From NCBI GenBank assembly GCA_964016885.1, contig OZ024740.1:360096001-360160000 (forward strand): 64,000 nucleotides of DNA. The letters run 5' to 3'. The translations under genes and the position numbers were made by a program. Below the pieces are notes generated by a model. It was not told where the DNA came from. It worked only from the letters and a program-made list of their open reading frames with translations, and ran no database searches. This stretch comes from Eledone cirrhosa. Lineage: Eukaryota. Each line of letters starts with the position of its first letter. The stretch's first letter is position 1. Positions 12,715 to 26,520 of this stretch are shown here, one piece after another.

Positions 12715-14428
12715 CACTGTGTAACAAAAAACTTTTTTTTCTCTGTTCCTGGCTTGTAATCACTTTTTTTGTGTTGCTTAGGTCCCAAATAAATAAAAAA
12801 GTGCTATTAAACAGTTAAAAGTTAGGGTTTGTAAACATTCTAAGCTATTCACTAGAATTATTTGTATGCTGGATTTTATGTTGTATGTAAGTTTAATTTG
12901 CTTATGTTAAAGGATTTTTTTATATATGTTTCAGGTTAAATTAAAATTATAAAAAAAAGAGTAATACCTAAAGAAAATTATAAAAGTGCAATAAAGTATA
13001 AAATTGTTAAAAAGTGGATTAAAGAGATTTATTGATACTGGATTTTCGCACCCTGAAGTAAGTTGTGTTTTAAGCATTCGTCTCCAGGATGAAGCAGTGG
13101 AACTTGGTCAAGGAGGAAGTGCAGGTGACATGTCAGAGAAGTCGACACAAACCTTTCTCAGGCTTTTACACTCTTAGGGATGGCCTCTGCTTCTGTCATG
13201 AAGTGCCTGGACTGTTTGACGTTATTGGGGTGCCGTTTGTGCCCAAGGCTATTTATAGACAGCTCCACCACAAGTTTGAAGGCTGTCCTCCTCCACAATG
13301 GAAACAATTTCCCGACACTGCCCCTAGCTCATTCAGTCTGCCTGAAGGAAGATTACTACAGTGTGAAAGTCCTCTTGGAAGCTCTGCAATACAACCAGTA
13401 CAATTGAGAAATCATTGGAGACTTCAATGCTTTGACTCCAAGGAGGCTTTATCAAATTCCAATGCTTCCTCTGCCTTTGGGACAGCAGAGCCACCTCTGA
13501 CCACTACAAAAGAAAGAACTGGGAGCAGCGAACAGAATTTGTAGTTGGGACCCGGAACGTCATGTGGGCGCCACTGGTTGATCCCAGGATTGTGCTGATG
13601 CCGCCACTGCACATTAAGTTGGGGTTGATAAAGCAGTTTGTGAAGGCTCTCAACCAAGAATCAGCCGCTTTTAAGTACCTTCTTGAGTTCTTCCCCAAGT
13701 TATCTGAGGCCAAAATCAAAGGTGGAAATTTTGTTGGACCTCAGATAAAGAAGGTGTTTGAGTCTACTGAGTTCTCCAATATGCTCAATAGGATTGAGAG
13801 AACAGCATGGAACTGTTTCAAAGCAGTTGTTAAGGGCTTCCTGGGCAACTACAGAGCTGAAAACTACCAGCAACTGGTGCAGGATCTGATAAAGGCTTTT
13901 GGCGCCATGGGATGCAGGATGTCGCTTAAACTCCATATGCTGGACGCTCACCTGGAAAAATTCAAGGACAATATGGGCGCCTACTCAGAAGAACAAGGCG
14001 AACGATTCCACCAAGATGTGAAAGAGATAGAGTGGAGGTACCAGGGCCACTACAATGAAAAAGTGATGAGGGACTATATCTGGGGGCTAGTGCGGGAATG
14101 CAACCTGGACTACAACCGCAAATCCAGGAAATCCAGTCATTTCTGACGTGTATAAGTTGCTTTATAAGTGTTATTTGTTTTTACTTGTTTGCTTTTGATA
14201 AGCTTGTGTAATAAAATAAATATATACTCTGTTGATTTAATTATATGAACTGATAAATTAAAAAATAATGTGTTTTTTCTTGAAAAATATGAAAATTTCG
14301 AAATATCAAACTCCTGACCACAAACCCAAACTTCTGATTAAATAATAGTGTTTTTTTAATAATAATGGGATATAACAAACCATGAATTGACACTCAGAAC
14401 CAGGGAACAAAAAATATGTTACACAGTG
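12715..14428 (+). mobile_element. Chapaev3 (CMC superfamily) DNA transposon, internally deleted
   Basis: TIRs CACTGTGTAACA...TGTTACACAGTG, 3-bp TSD TAA (12712-12714, 14429-14431), transposase remnants inside. Confidence 0.85.
13089..14146 (+). pseudogene. Chapaev3 transposase, frameshifted; C-terminal 194-aa ORF at 13562-14146 still open
   Basis: Motifs RLFIDSS..SLKAVLLHNGN, PPLHIKLGLIKQFVKAL and SEEQGERFHQD..E.RYQG, split over several frames. Confidence 0.85.
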
Positions 14429-14604
14429 TAATTAATACTCAGTTGTTTAATCAACTCTTAACAGTCTGTAATAGTTTAGCAAAAAATATTAAAAAATTAG
14501 TTTGTTACTTCAAATGTTTATAGCATCTTTACTTTATGGGAATTTAGTGTTATTGTAAAGACTTTCATTTTTAATGAGATGCAGTCATTTTTTTCTAAAT
14601 GTTG

Positions 14605-14900
14605 CATTATCATCATCATCAACATCACTGTTTAACATCCACTTTTCCATGCTGGCATGGGTTAGATGAGTTGTCCAGTTGTGAGCAATGCCAGGTCAGG
14701 TAACCATGTCTTACTCATACAGAACTGATTATGACTTGGTTTCTTCAGCTGGATGTCCTTCCTAGTACCAACCTCATTTAGTAAGTACTGGGTGCTTTTT
14801 GTTGTGATACCTACACATCCACTTTACAGTGTGGGCTAGGTGCTTTTTCATCATGTCACCACCATCACAACTACTTTACAGTGTGGGCTGCAGGTTTTGT
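14605..14900 (-). mobile_element. RTE-tailed SINE-like repeat
   Basis: Begins (cat)n..gtttaacatccacttttccatgctggcatgggtt, then ctggatgtccttcct and subrepeats. Similar copies lie at ~15895-16150, 25575-25940 (+), 29780-30160, 31900-32220 (+), 33000-33240 (+), 56205-56520 and 63920-64000. Confidence 0.7.
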
Positions 14901-15350
14901 TGGATGTATACTTCAGCTTGACCTCATGGGAGATGTATGGGAGTGGGTAGAGTGGTGAATGCTATATATATGCTTCAGTTACGGCCTGTACCCGTGGAAA
15001 TTTGCGCCTTCTGTATTCCCACAGGCATAGGCCATTGCATATAGAAGGTTATTAATCAATTTTTAACACTCTGTAATAATTTAGCAGAAAATGTTAACAA
15101 TGGATTTGTTGATTCAAATGTTTATTATTAGACAGACCTTTGTGAATAATTGCAGTATTAGAGTAAAGACTTTAACATTTAAATACGGATTCATGTGGTA
15201 CAAAATGTTAAGAGTTACAGTCAAATTGTGGTTACATGGAATTTGAAATCATGGGTGGAAGGTGTGAATGTCATGGGATCCTTCATCAGACAAGGCCTGC
15301 CTTGTCAAACAGGCCCTTCCCTCTCTTTGAACAGAGCGCCTGCTACTACA

Positions 15351-15831
15351 TCTAAACTATAATAAAGTAAGGAGTGCGGGACGGCGTCCAGAATATATTT
15401 TTTTATCCCGTTTGTAAAATAAGTTGGATTACTTTGAATAAATAATGAATGAATATTACATAATTTATCTACTAAATTTCGTTATTCTTGATTAAATATA
15501 AATAATTTTGTGGCTTATTTTAAGATTCACTTCTTTAAAATTTTCAACACTTCTGGTTAGCGATCGCTTAAATAAAAATTCATATATTTCCGTCACTAAT
15601 TTTCTCCTAATGCAGTTTATATATAATATCGTCTTTTTTTAATGTACCATGGATTACGTTACTGATTACATAAGAGAGTGTAACGCAGTCTTCATTCAAT
15701 TTCTGGGTATATTGTTAATTACAATTTTATTTGATGTATCATATCTACATGCATATATACTTGCATATAATATCAATATGCACACTACACATGCTAGCAG
15801 AAAACCACCCGAAGGGTGGTTTATCTGCTAG
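15351..15831 (+). mobile_element. Non-autonomous Helitron
   Basis: 5' TCTAAACTATAATAAAG, 3' hairpin aaccaccc-gaa-gggtggtt ending CTAG, inserted between A and T without TSD. Second copy at 46916-47481. Confidence 0.85.
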
Positions 15832-16389
15832 TTCTAATAATAGAATTAGAGAAGGAACCTGTTCATAAACATAATTTTATCTTTTAGAGAGTATCATCAT
15901 CATCACCATCATTTACCATCCATTTTCCACACTTGAATGGGTTAGATGGGTTGTTGCATTATGAAACAAGTTCAATCAGGAGATCACATTTTGTTTATAT
16001 GGATCTGTATTTTGTCTTGGTTTCTAGGGATGGATGCCCTTTATAACATTAACCACATTACAATGTGGACTGAGGGTTTTTTATCATGATACCAAAACTA
16101 CCATCTAATATATTGGACTGGGTGCTTTTTATCGTGTCACCAGCATGACCACCTTGATTCAGCTTTGTATGTATGAGTTGAGCATGACAGGACACGTACT
16201 TCAAGAGCATGGAAGGTGGGGAGGTGAGGGCATATGCAATCTGGACATGGATAAGGTGGGATATTTAGTTAGTAATAAGACTAGGAAGAGTGAATGGGAA
16301 GGAGTAGAGGGGCTGCTTCTTGCAAGCTAGTGTCCTCTACATGTTGCATCTTGTGCACATGGAAAGGTTGGTCTTCTGCAGCACAGCCT

Positions 16390-17990
16390 AACACCAGACA
16401 TCTTGAGCCAGTGTCATCTCCTTTGAGAGGTTTATTTGTGCAAGGTCAGCTTTTGTCACTTCATCCCGAGTTTTCCTAGGTCTTCCTCTTCCATAGCTTC
16501 CATCAACTTTGAGCACCCTGCACCTTTTTATATAGCTGTCATCCTCTATGCGGATCACATGTTCATACCACTGCAATCTCCTCTCTTGCACATTGCATCT
16601 AACTCCTTTTATGATCAGTTTTTCTCTCAGTTTACTGATGCTTCATCGTTCATCATCATCATCATCATCAACATTTTACGTCCATGCTAGCATGGGTTAG
16701 ACGCGTTGTCCTGTTGTGGGCAATGCCAGGTCAGGTGACCATGCCTTGTTCATATGGAACTGACTCTGGCTTGATTTCTACAGCTGGATGCCCTTCCTAA
16801 CACCAACCTCATTTACAGTGAGTACTGGGTGCTTTTTTACCGTGGCACCTCCACGACCACTTTGTAGTTGAATGATAGGGACCCCAGTCCTATCATCTCA
16901 TTTCTACAGCTGAGTAAACTGGAGCAATGTGAAATAAAGTGTCTTGCTCAAGGAAACAAGACATCACCCGGTCCGAGAATTGAACTCACAATCTTTCGAT
17001 TGCAAGCCCAATGCTCTAACCACTAAGCCATGCTTCTTCAGACATGCATTCATGCACATTAACTATTATTACACATCCATCAAAGCATGTGGGCTTCATT
17101 TCTTTCCAATCTTCATAGATCCTCAGCACATATTGCCTAGGCCTCACTGCCGTGCAGCATTGCTGTTTGTACACAGGCATCATACAATCTGCCATTCATT
17201 TTGAGGGAAAAAAAACCTCTGTAGTTAACAGTGGTAGTAGTTCCCTGAACTTTTTCCATCTCTTTCTCACTCTGGCTACTATACTTTCAGAAAACCCACC
17301 TCCAGTGCTAATTTAATCACCTAGGTAACAGAAGCTATCAACTATTATAGATCCCTTTGTGCATATTTCCTGTAAGGTCTTGCTGCTTACTGCTTCTGTG
17401 CATTGACACATATAAAACCTAATTTCTATACTACCCTTTCTGAGAACCCACAATGGAATTTTTTTCCACTCTTTTTCGGGAATCAAGGCCCTGTTTTCCA
17501 TTCTATTTACTAGGACTTTAGTCTTTGCCAAGTTGACTTTAAGACCTTTTGATTCCAAGTTATGCTTCTAGCTCAAGAATTTCTTCTCTAATTCTGCCAT
17601 AGATTCAGCTGAATGTTAGATTATTGGCATATAGGAGTTCCCATGAACAGCCAGTCTTAAACTCTTCCATTGTAGCTTACAGGATGATAATAAACAGGAG
17701 AAAGCTAAGAATAGACTCCTGATGGACCCCAACTTGCACTCTAAATTCCTCACTTGTTAATTCTAACCTTGCTGACTGCTCCCTGTAGATGACTTATACT
17801 GCCCTCATAAGCCACTCATCTACCCCTACTCTTCTAAGAGCCTACCGGATTATGGAGCAGGGGACTCTGTCAAAAGCTTTCTCCAGGGCAACAAAAGCCA
17901 AGTAGAGGGGCTTATTTTAAGCTAGGTACTTCTCCTGAAGTTGCCTCACAAGGAAGAAGGCATCATGGTACTTTTACCCAGCACAAATAT
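16390..17990 (-). mobile_element. Old RTE LINE fragment (RT and 3' region) interrupted by a SINE at 16650-17037
   Basis: ORF pieces ERRLQWYEHVIR...GRGRPRKT and ESKGLKVNLAKTKVL...FCYLGD. Confidence 0.8.
16650..17037 (-). mobile_element. Complete tRNA-derived SINE with RTE-derived tail
   Basis: Minus strand reads A box tggcttagtgg, B box gagttcaattc, core tccttgagcaagacact, a gataggac..gtccctatc hairpin, then the RTE 3' tail and (gat)n. Confidence 0.8.
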
Positions 17991-18122
17991 AATTTAAAGA
18001 AATTCAAAGCAATGTAACCTCTTTATTCTCTCTCAAAAGAAAACTATGAACATTCACACTTACACACTATCTCAATGCAAAATGTTTTTTATGAAAAATA
18101 ATTTTAAAGAAAATTTACTTAC

Positions 18123-18193
18123 ATTTGTTCGTGTGTGGAGTAGCTCCTTAGCTGTTTTTCTGATTTTATGCGTTTTGCACAGAGGGGGGCATT
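18123..18193 (-). other. Possible 71-nt internal exon (ECPPLCKTHKIRKTAKELLHTRTN in one frame)
   Basis: GTAAGT donor at 18122-18117 and a weak ttatttcaaag acceptor in unique sequence; no homology recognised. Confidence 0.25.
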
Positions 18194-19462
18194 CTTTGAA
18201 ATAACACAGACCAAAAGTTCATTTCACTGACTAAGAAATTTAGCAACTTTTGCTAAGATTTTACTTAGCAACACACACAAATACATATGCATTGATAAAT
18301 ACATCCACTCACTCACACATACGCCATATTCTTGCAAACCCCCTACGTTTTACAACAACCATTGGATGTCCCTAAAGTGGAGGAATGTTGATGAAATTCT
18401 AGACAAAAGAGACCTGGTAAGTATCTGATGCCTCTAAAGTAGACAAATTTTGTTGAATTTGCCACATTATGTTATTTTTGATTTAAAATATTGTTGTGGT
18501 GTGTCTAAAAGATAAAACCAAAAAGCATAGCAAGGGACAAGCCTTATGGCACATCTATCTTGCTAAGGCCCCGGGCTTGTGTAAGGCCCCCACTACTGGT
18601 GAAGGGGAGGGGAGCTAAGAAAATGCCCAGTCTGCCTTGCTTTAAATCCTGCCCTGACTGGATGCCCTTCCTAACACCAACCTGTTTAGAGTGTGTATTG
18701 GGAACAATTTTATTATGACACTGGCACTATCACCTTACAGGACAAAATTTTTGTGTGGTGTTGGTACCACCACCTTATCATGGCACCAGCACCAACACCA
18801 CCACTATATTATATGCACACATTTATTATTCTGGCAAAATAATATTTTGGGGCTACTTTCTAAGTCAATCTGCTACTTTTTACTATATTGATCTAGCAAC
18901 CCTGCTTCAACTGGATTGCTTAGTCCAAAGTGAACAAGTACTTTTTCAAGAACATCACCTGTGCATATATTTACTTTACTGAAGGAGTGACAAAGAAAAA
19001 ATATGCGTAGAACTTGACTAATTGATGATTTAATGACGAAAGGGGATAGGCAAAATAAACTACATGTGTGTGTGTGTGTAGATAGAGAGTAATTTAAAAA
19101 TCAATGCATACACACTATGCTCATTTACAAAAGCAATTGCTTCTGGTATTTTTACGAGTGCACCTGGAAGAGCTATTTTCTTAATACATGTAGAGAAAGG
19201 TAATATATTTATTTCTTACAACCTGATGTATATCAGAATATGTATTCATATATGCTATAGGAAAAAAAGGATGGCTTTTCTAAGTATGTGTAAGTGAAAA
19301 ATTATTTACATGAAATCAAGTATACCATTTGTTTTCAGACAAAAACATGCATACACATATACATATATATATATATATATAATATACAAATATAATATAT
19401 ATAAACAATATATTTAATATATATATAATATATATCATATATATAAAATATATATATATATA

Positions 19463-19503
<41 letters not shown>

Positions 19504-19507
<4 letters not shown>

Positions 19508-21722
19508 TCACCATCATCATCGTTTTTATGTTTGCTTTTCCATGCTTGCATGGGTTGGACAGGTACTTCTCAGCATAGCATCTCTCCACTTCTCACTTTC
19601 CTTCATCATTTCCTCTGCCAGTCTTAGCGATCTGCGGTCTGCTCTCACAACCTCTGCCTAAGTCTTTCTTGGTCATCCTCTATTGTGGCTTCCTTCCACT
19701 GAGATTTCCTGGCATTTCTTCACATCATTGTCAATGCACATCACTTGTCCATACCAATGCAGTCTTCTCTCTTGCACACCATCTCAGATTACCCTTAAAC
19801 CCAGCTTCTCTCTCAGCTCATCCAAGCTTTTCCTTTCTCCCACATTTACATTGGACATCCAACAAACCATTGTTGCTTCATTTCTCTCCAGTCACAGCCC
19901 ATGTTTCACTATCATGCAACATTGTACACCGCACACAGGCATCATACAGCCTTCCTTTTTTACATAGGCAGAAACCTTTTGTTGTCAACAGTAGGAGCAG
20001 TTCTCTAAAGTTCTTCCATCCTATCCTTTTTCTAACTATTATATGCTTGGCGCACCCTCCTCCATTGTTGATTAGGTCACCTAGATAGCAGAAGCTACCA
20101 ACCACATCTATGGATCATTCCTGTAACTGGAATTGGTTTATATCATTAACAGTCTTCCTCTCGATTTCTCCTGTGCATCATCTACAAGCAAAGTTCGCCC
20201 TTCCTGTTAGTCTATTCATTATCCCACTACATCTTTTGTGTACCCAAGATTTACATTGCGTACATTGTATGGAGATTATGCCTACTCCTTTTCTGCTTAT
20301 TGAGCATGGCCACTTCCCCAAGGGAATCTGGGCCCTGTCTTCTCTCCTACTCACTAGCACTTTAGTTTTGGCTAAGTTTACAATCAGGCCTTCTGATTCC
20401 AAATTCAGTTTCCATAATCGGAATTTATTTTCTAGTTTTTTGGGGGGTTTCAGCTATAAGGACCAAATCATCTGCATAAAGAAGTTCCCATAGTCAGCCC
20501 TTTTAAAACTCCTCTGTTATTGCCTGAAGAACTATGATGAACAGCAGTGGGCTAAGAACTGAACCTTGATGAGCTCCTACCTGTATCTTTAATTCCTCAC
20601 AAACTCACTTCCTACTTTCACCTTACTGACAGCTCCTCTATACATGCCTTGCACTGCTCTCACAAGCCATTCTTCTACACTTAATTTCCTTAAGGACCAC
20701 CAGATAATAAATTGGAGTACTCTGTCAAAGGCCTTTTCTAGATTAACAAAACCTAAATATAGTGGTTTATTTTTTACTAGGAACCTTTCTTGTAGTTGCC
20801 TCACTAAGAAGAGGGCATCTGTAGTACTTTTCCCAGGAATGAAATCAAACTACATCTCAACGGTTTTGATTCTTTGTCTAATTAGTTCCACTATAATTCT
20901 TTCAGTCACTTTCATAACTTGGTCCTTTAGTTTTATTTCTCTATAGTTACTCCTTTCTAGAACATCACATTTGCCCTTGTAGCAATTTATGATTGGGTAT
21001 AACTCCGTCATGTATTACTTGATTTACTATACGGGTTACTATTTGACTTCTACCTCTCTCAATGCTTTTATCATCTCAGCAACTATTTCTGATGGTCCTG
21101 CAGCTTTACCCTTTTTCATCTCCTTGATTGCACCTTTGACCCTAAAACTATCAACTTCAATAGTTGGTTCTTCCTTTGGGTAAGTTGGGGATAGTTTTCC
21201 TTCCTCCCATTCATTCTCTACACTCATTAATCTCTTGTACTAACATTTCCAGGCTTCTTTCTTTTGGACATCAGAGGTGCTAAGTGCACCAGCACCATTT
21301 CTAACACATTTTCCCCAACAACATCTCAATTCACACTAACACACTGTCTTGGAATACGGAACATTCACACCTCATGTCTCAAGACATTGACAAATTTACT
21401 TTCTTCAACCTCTCTCTCTCCGAGCTATGTATACCTGTCACCTAGTTTCTTTCTTAGCTACTTGGAACTGGTCCCTGCTACCCCCATTTTCCCAGTCTTT
21501 CCATGCCTGTCTCTTGGCTTTAATGGCTGCCTCTACTGTGCTGTTCCACCACCAGGTCACCTTCTGTCTGGCTGGCACTTTACTCCAGCCACAAGTCTCG
21601 CCAGTAGTTCACAAAAGGTTGTTGCATAAGAATTCCCAGTTGTCCTCTACATTGTATGTATCTAGCTCGTCATCCCTCTCATCAAGTGCATCCTGTAGGA
21701 CCTTTCTAAACCTATATTTAAC
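19504..21722 (-). mobile_element. 5'-truncated degraded RTE LINE
   Basis: Fragments GKAAGPSEIVAEM, RQLQERFL..LEKAFDRV, PHD-like CTQCKSWVHKRC and FCYLGD; (cat)n tail at 19504. Confidence 0.9.
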
Positions 21723-22745
21723 CTTGCCAGTCAGAAAGGCCAACAGACCCGATATAATTATGAAGGACCATAAAGAGAAAACATGTTTCTTAATTGACAT
21801 GAGCATTCGAAAGGTTGTGAGTTCAATTCTCAGACCGGGTGATGTGTTGTTTCCTTGAGCAAGACACTTTATTTCACATTGCTCTAGTTTACTCAGCTGT
21901 AGAAATGAGATGATAGGGACTGGGGTCCCTATCATTCCACTGCAAAGTGGTTGTGGAGGTGCCACGGCAAAAAAGCACCCAGCACTCACTGTAAAATGGG
22001 GTTGGTGTTAGGAAGGGCATCCAGCTGTAGAAATCAAACCAGAATCAGTTCCTGTCCCACCCTTGCAAGCAGGGAAAAGCGGCATAAAATGATGATGATG
22101 ATTCCATCAGATCATAACATCTCCTCAAAAGAGGTTGGAAAGCTCAGTAAATATAAAGATCTATCAATTGAAATTGAGAAAATGTGGCATCTCAAGGCCT
22201 GTACAATATCAATGATAGTCGACGCACTTGGAATGATAAAAAGGGTACTGAAAAATATTTGGACTGGATACCTGGAAAGCCATCTCTGCAAGAGATACAG
22301 AAAATAGTGCTGACTGGCACTGTCCATGTCCTGAGAAGGACATTATCAATTTAAAAACCTTGCAAAGAGATTTACTGTTGTTTGAGCCATTGTAGCATCA
22401 TTTGTATGACAATTAATTGTAAAATGTGTGTATTATCAATAATAATAATATTAATTCAGGCTAGGGGATCAGACATAGTTATTATAGAGCAAGTATCAAA
22501 AGAATGTATTATACTTGTGCCATTCCTGCTGGCACAAACGTGTCCAACAAGGAGCAGGAAAAGATCTTGCTAGGGATATAAGAAGATTGTGGAATGTTTC
22601 TGCAGAAGTAACCTCCATTGTTATTGGTGTGTTAGAGATGATTACCAATAGAATAGAAATATTCCTTAAAGACATAGGAGTAACAACAAATATAGCAATG
22701 ATCCAAAAGTCTGCCTTAAAGAGTACAACAAGAAATAGCAGATAA
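21723..22745 (+). mobile_element. Two R4/Dong-type RLE endonuclease fragments, the first split by a SINE (21808-22100)
   Basis: ANRPDIIMKDHKEKTCFLIDMSI joins PSDHNISSKEVGKLSKYKDL (PD..D/ExK-type RLE) across the insertion; second fragment DIRRLWNVSAEVTSIVIGVLEMI. Confidence 0.75.
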
Positions 22746-22764
22746 TTGTTTCTACTTTAGGCAC

Positions 22765-22906
22765 ATTACTGGTACTTTATTTTATCGACCCCGTAAGGAT
22801 GAAAGGCAAAGTTAACCTCGGCGGGATTTGAACTCAGACCGTAAAGGGACGTAACTATGCTGGAAAGCATGGCGTCCGACCCTCTACCGATACTGCCAAT
22901 CCACCG
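22765..22906 (-). mobile_element. tRNA-derived SINE with MetaSINE-like core
   Basis: gagttcaaatcc B box plus aactttgcctttcatccttacggggtcgataaaataaagtacc core. Other copies at 28853-29190, 30912-30995 and 50657-50835; decayed ones at ~6250, 12290, 23160, 38570 and 63780. Confidence 0.75.
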
Positions 22907-25900
22907 CAGTATCAGATAATGATTTCTTTTATTTACCACAAATGCCCAAGACATTGGGGACAATACAAGGACAAAGACAACACAACAACAACTATTATTA
23001 TTATCACCATCATCATTGTCAAAGGATGATGAATGAGAAAAGCAGTTGAGTGTTGGACTAAATGCTTTGGAGCATTTATTTATGTCTGGGTTTAAATTAC
23101 ATTCTCATCAACTTCATCAGTCATCATTCTGGGTTTCATAATATATATATAGGCTGGTGGAATGGCAGAAGGGATAAAATACCAGAGTAAACACCTTTTT
23201 GAATTGAGTTCAAACCCTGTCCTGGTTAACATGGCTTTCATTCTTCCAGAGTTAATAAGTGAATGTCAGGCATGTGCTTTGCTAAAGTTTGTTGTCTCAT
23301 GCTAACTTCAGAAATGAATGTTATATTTTGTGACATCATTTTCCTTGAATCATCTTAGTTCAGTTTGTGACAACTTGCTTGTGGTATGACCTTAAGCAAT
23401 CTTATAACAGCTTGTCACTTAATTACTTTACTATACAGAATGACATGAGCTTATTTGAATACATTACAAGTGGCATAGAGTCGCAAGGTATCAAACTATC
23501 AACCAAAGGATCAGTAGCCTGTTAGCATTCAGATCTGTGCTGAATGCACAACCAAAACTCTGCAGGCTCTATCCATCTAACTGTGAATATACATTGTGAA
23601 TAAATTGTTGAGCCAATGTCAGCTCTGATCAAGCCGACTTATCAAAGGCATTCAAGCCATAACTATCCTGTTTTTGATACATTCTGTGTCTAGGACTGTG
23701 TTATCCAGTGTGCTCTTTCCTTTCCAAAACAGCTGGGAATGGTTTAAGGGAGAGTTGGTGCCCTCTTTGGCTCATACTCATTGCTGTTGGTAGAAGGTAC
23801 ACAATAAGATTAACAAATGATTCTTTAGTTTGCATTATTGAGTTCAAGGAAGCTATGAAATCTAATGAATGCACACCAGAGTTAAGGACCAACATGCTGT
23901 ATCAACATACATATATGCAGAAAATTATGAAAGCAACAATCTTTACAAATGTTAAAATGAGTAAAATAACCAAGTGGATAAAGTGTTGGAGTAGTGATAT
24001 GCAGAGAGAGGAGGAGAGAGTGTCATGATTCTGTACATCCATATTGGGGAAGATGGTGGAAGTATTCACACAAAGAGTCATGCAGGGTTCTCCCTTCATT
24101 ATGGCAACTGAGTGTATCACCCACTTAGATTTCTCAAATGCTCATCCAAAATCTGTACCCAGTTTTCTGCCCAGATCAAAAAGCTAAGAAATTTATTAAC
24201 TTGAAATTCAAAGTTCAGACAGACTTAGGTAATGACATGTATGCTTGTTCATCTGTCCTGTCAATTAACACATCATTCAAAGTAATCAACATGTGGCATG
24301 AAACGCCGTTTTTACATTAGTACCGTTGATTTCATGTTTCATCTGTTTTTACATATTTAAACTATTCCTTGATCACATTTCTCTGTAATAGAGCCCTGTA
24401 ATTCAGTTTTAGGGGCATACAATTAAAGGGTTTGTCCCAAGCATCACCAAACCTTTGTATGTCACTGTGTTGAAGTATCAGTTTATGAGTTTTAACTACA
24501 AATCCACAACATGCATTTGTAAGGTCTCTAGGTATTTCTAGAAATTTCTCAGTATACTTAATTGTCAGGAATATGTATCAAAAGCACATGGTAAATTTGT
24601 TTGTAAAATTATACAGTTGTTCCAGTGAACATTTTTCTTTTGCTTGCTTATCACTTAACAAACCAGGGATAATAATTAACTCTGTAGATTCCTAATATTT
24701 GTTGAAGGATTAGTTTTTTTATGGCATGAAAAGGTTCCCTAAAACAACAAACCTCACAAGTTCATATTACCTATGAAAAATATATAAGTAGATTGAGATA
24801 AAACCCAGAGCCTTAAGTTAATCCAAAGATTTAATTTTATGTAGCTATGCATCTGGATACATCCTTACACACATATATATATAGTTGAACATAGTGGGGA
24901 ATAAAATAAGCTAATATAGTTAACAATATTATTTTTGTGAATAATCTAAAACTGTATTTGTGTCACTAATAGATAATTAGACCTAGGCATAGTCTTTACA
25001 CAGAATATTGGTATGGATTTGGGTTAGAATATAAGATAACGAACATTGTTTGAATGTCTTGATTATTAGATCTGTCTTCAATAAGAAATGCTAAAAGCTT
25101 TTCAAATTTGATAGGATCATTGTTGCTGTTGTTGTTTAGCTTGATGTTAACCCTAACCAAAAAGTAATGACCACTTGGTCTTTTTAAGATGTGTAAACTT
25201 CCTTTATTTAGGAGGGTAGGATGTGATTTGAGGAAGAATTGGCTCCTATTTCTAGCAGCTTGAATAACCACATCCAGCGCAAGCCAATATGGAACCAATA
25301 GGGAGTTGCCCCCTTCCCCCACAGCAAGTAGTATATAGACTGCACTCTAAACACATTTAGACCAAGGAAACCTAGGCACATATCCACAATATACCAGACA
25401 TCATCCACTTGCTTCAAGGCCACTCCTATGACCTGACACTTCCTACCCTACAGTGAGATGTTTGTGCCCATTCCCCACCAAGTACCATATAGCATGCACC
25501 CCTCCCATTTATAAATCCCAATCACCACCAATGTCTCTACACCCCAACCAAAAGCACTGAGTACTCTATCGTTAAAATGAGGTAGCGCCAGTGGCATGAT
25601 GAAAAACACCTAGTTCACTCTGTAAGGTGGTAGTGCTGGTGCCACAACAAAAAACACCCAATTCACCCTATAAGACAGGAGTGCCAGAGTCATAATAAAA
25701 TGCTCCCAGTACACTCTGTAAAATGGTTGGTGTTAGAAAGGGGATCCAGCCATAGAAATCATGCTCCCAGTACCTGTTGTAAATTAGTTGCATTGGGAAG
25801 GGCATCCAGCCATAGAAACCAGACCAAAATAGAGCGGTAGTTACCTGACCGGTCAGGCCTCAGCACCCAACAACCCATCTAACCCACGCAAGCATGGAAA

Positions 25901-26520
25901 ATAAATATTAAACTGTGATAATGATGATGATTATGATGATTACAATTTAGTTGTACACCAGATTTTCTGTAAAAAGCAATGAATAATGCATACATGATTG
26001 TAATCATGGAATTTTACTATATTCCTATGGCTCGTTTATTGGAGGTTCTTTGTGAAAATATATTAATTATTAAATATTAATTCCATAATATATGCTGACA
26101 TGAGTATTATAGTCATTATGATATTATAATTTAATTAGGATTAAGATAACCTACATGGAGCACCTTTAAGCTGGTTATCAGCTTACAGTGTATGGTCTGT
26201 CTCATAGTCAACAAAATGCAGGAGTTTATTCTAACAGGAAAATGCAAAATGAGATATAACATGATTTTTATCTAATTATACCAACCCTGAACAATGTTGG
26301 CTCTCAGGAATTCCCTTCCTACACACGTTTTCCATGCAGGTTTCAACTTGCAACTGTTTAATAATATTAACTATATTAATCTCAATGGTTTTGCAAGGTC
26401 TGCGAAAATCAGCCCCTTCCTTCAAACCAATAAAAAAAAATTGTTATTCATCAACTTCTGTAAAATATGTACAGTTATATAGCTATCATATTTCCAGTTA
26501 ATTTAATTACAGATCCACCA

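Noticed and set aside
15649-15831. Duplicated 60-aa ORF MDYVTDYIR... (also 46916-47098)
   Set aside because: It lies inside a non-autonomous Helitron and ends at the CTAG terminus; the similarity reflects repeat copies, not a gene family.
16960-17037. tRNA gene
   Set aside because: A and B boxes are present but no full cloverleaf; this is a SINE head continuing into core and LINE tail.
23701-24320. Overlapping 60-106-aa ORFs in unique-looking sequence
   Set aside because: No domain motif, no consistent splice signals, and stops between frames; cannot be supported as a gene.
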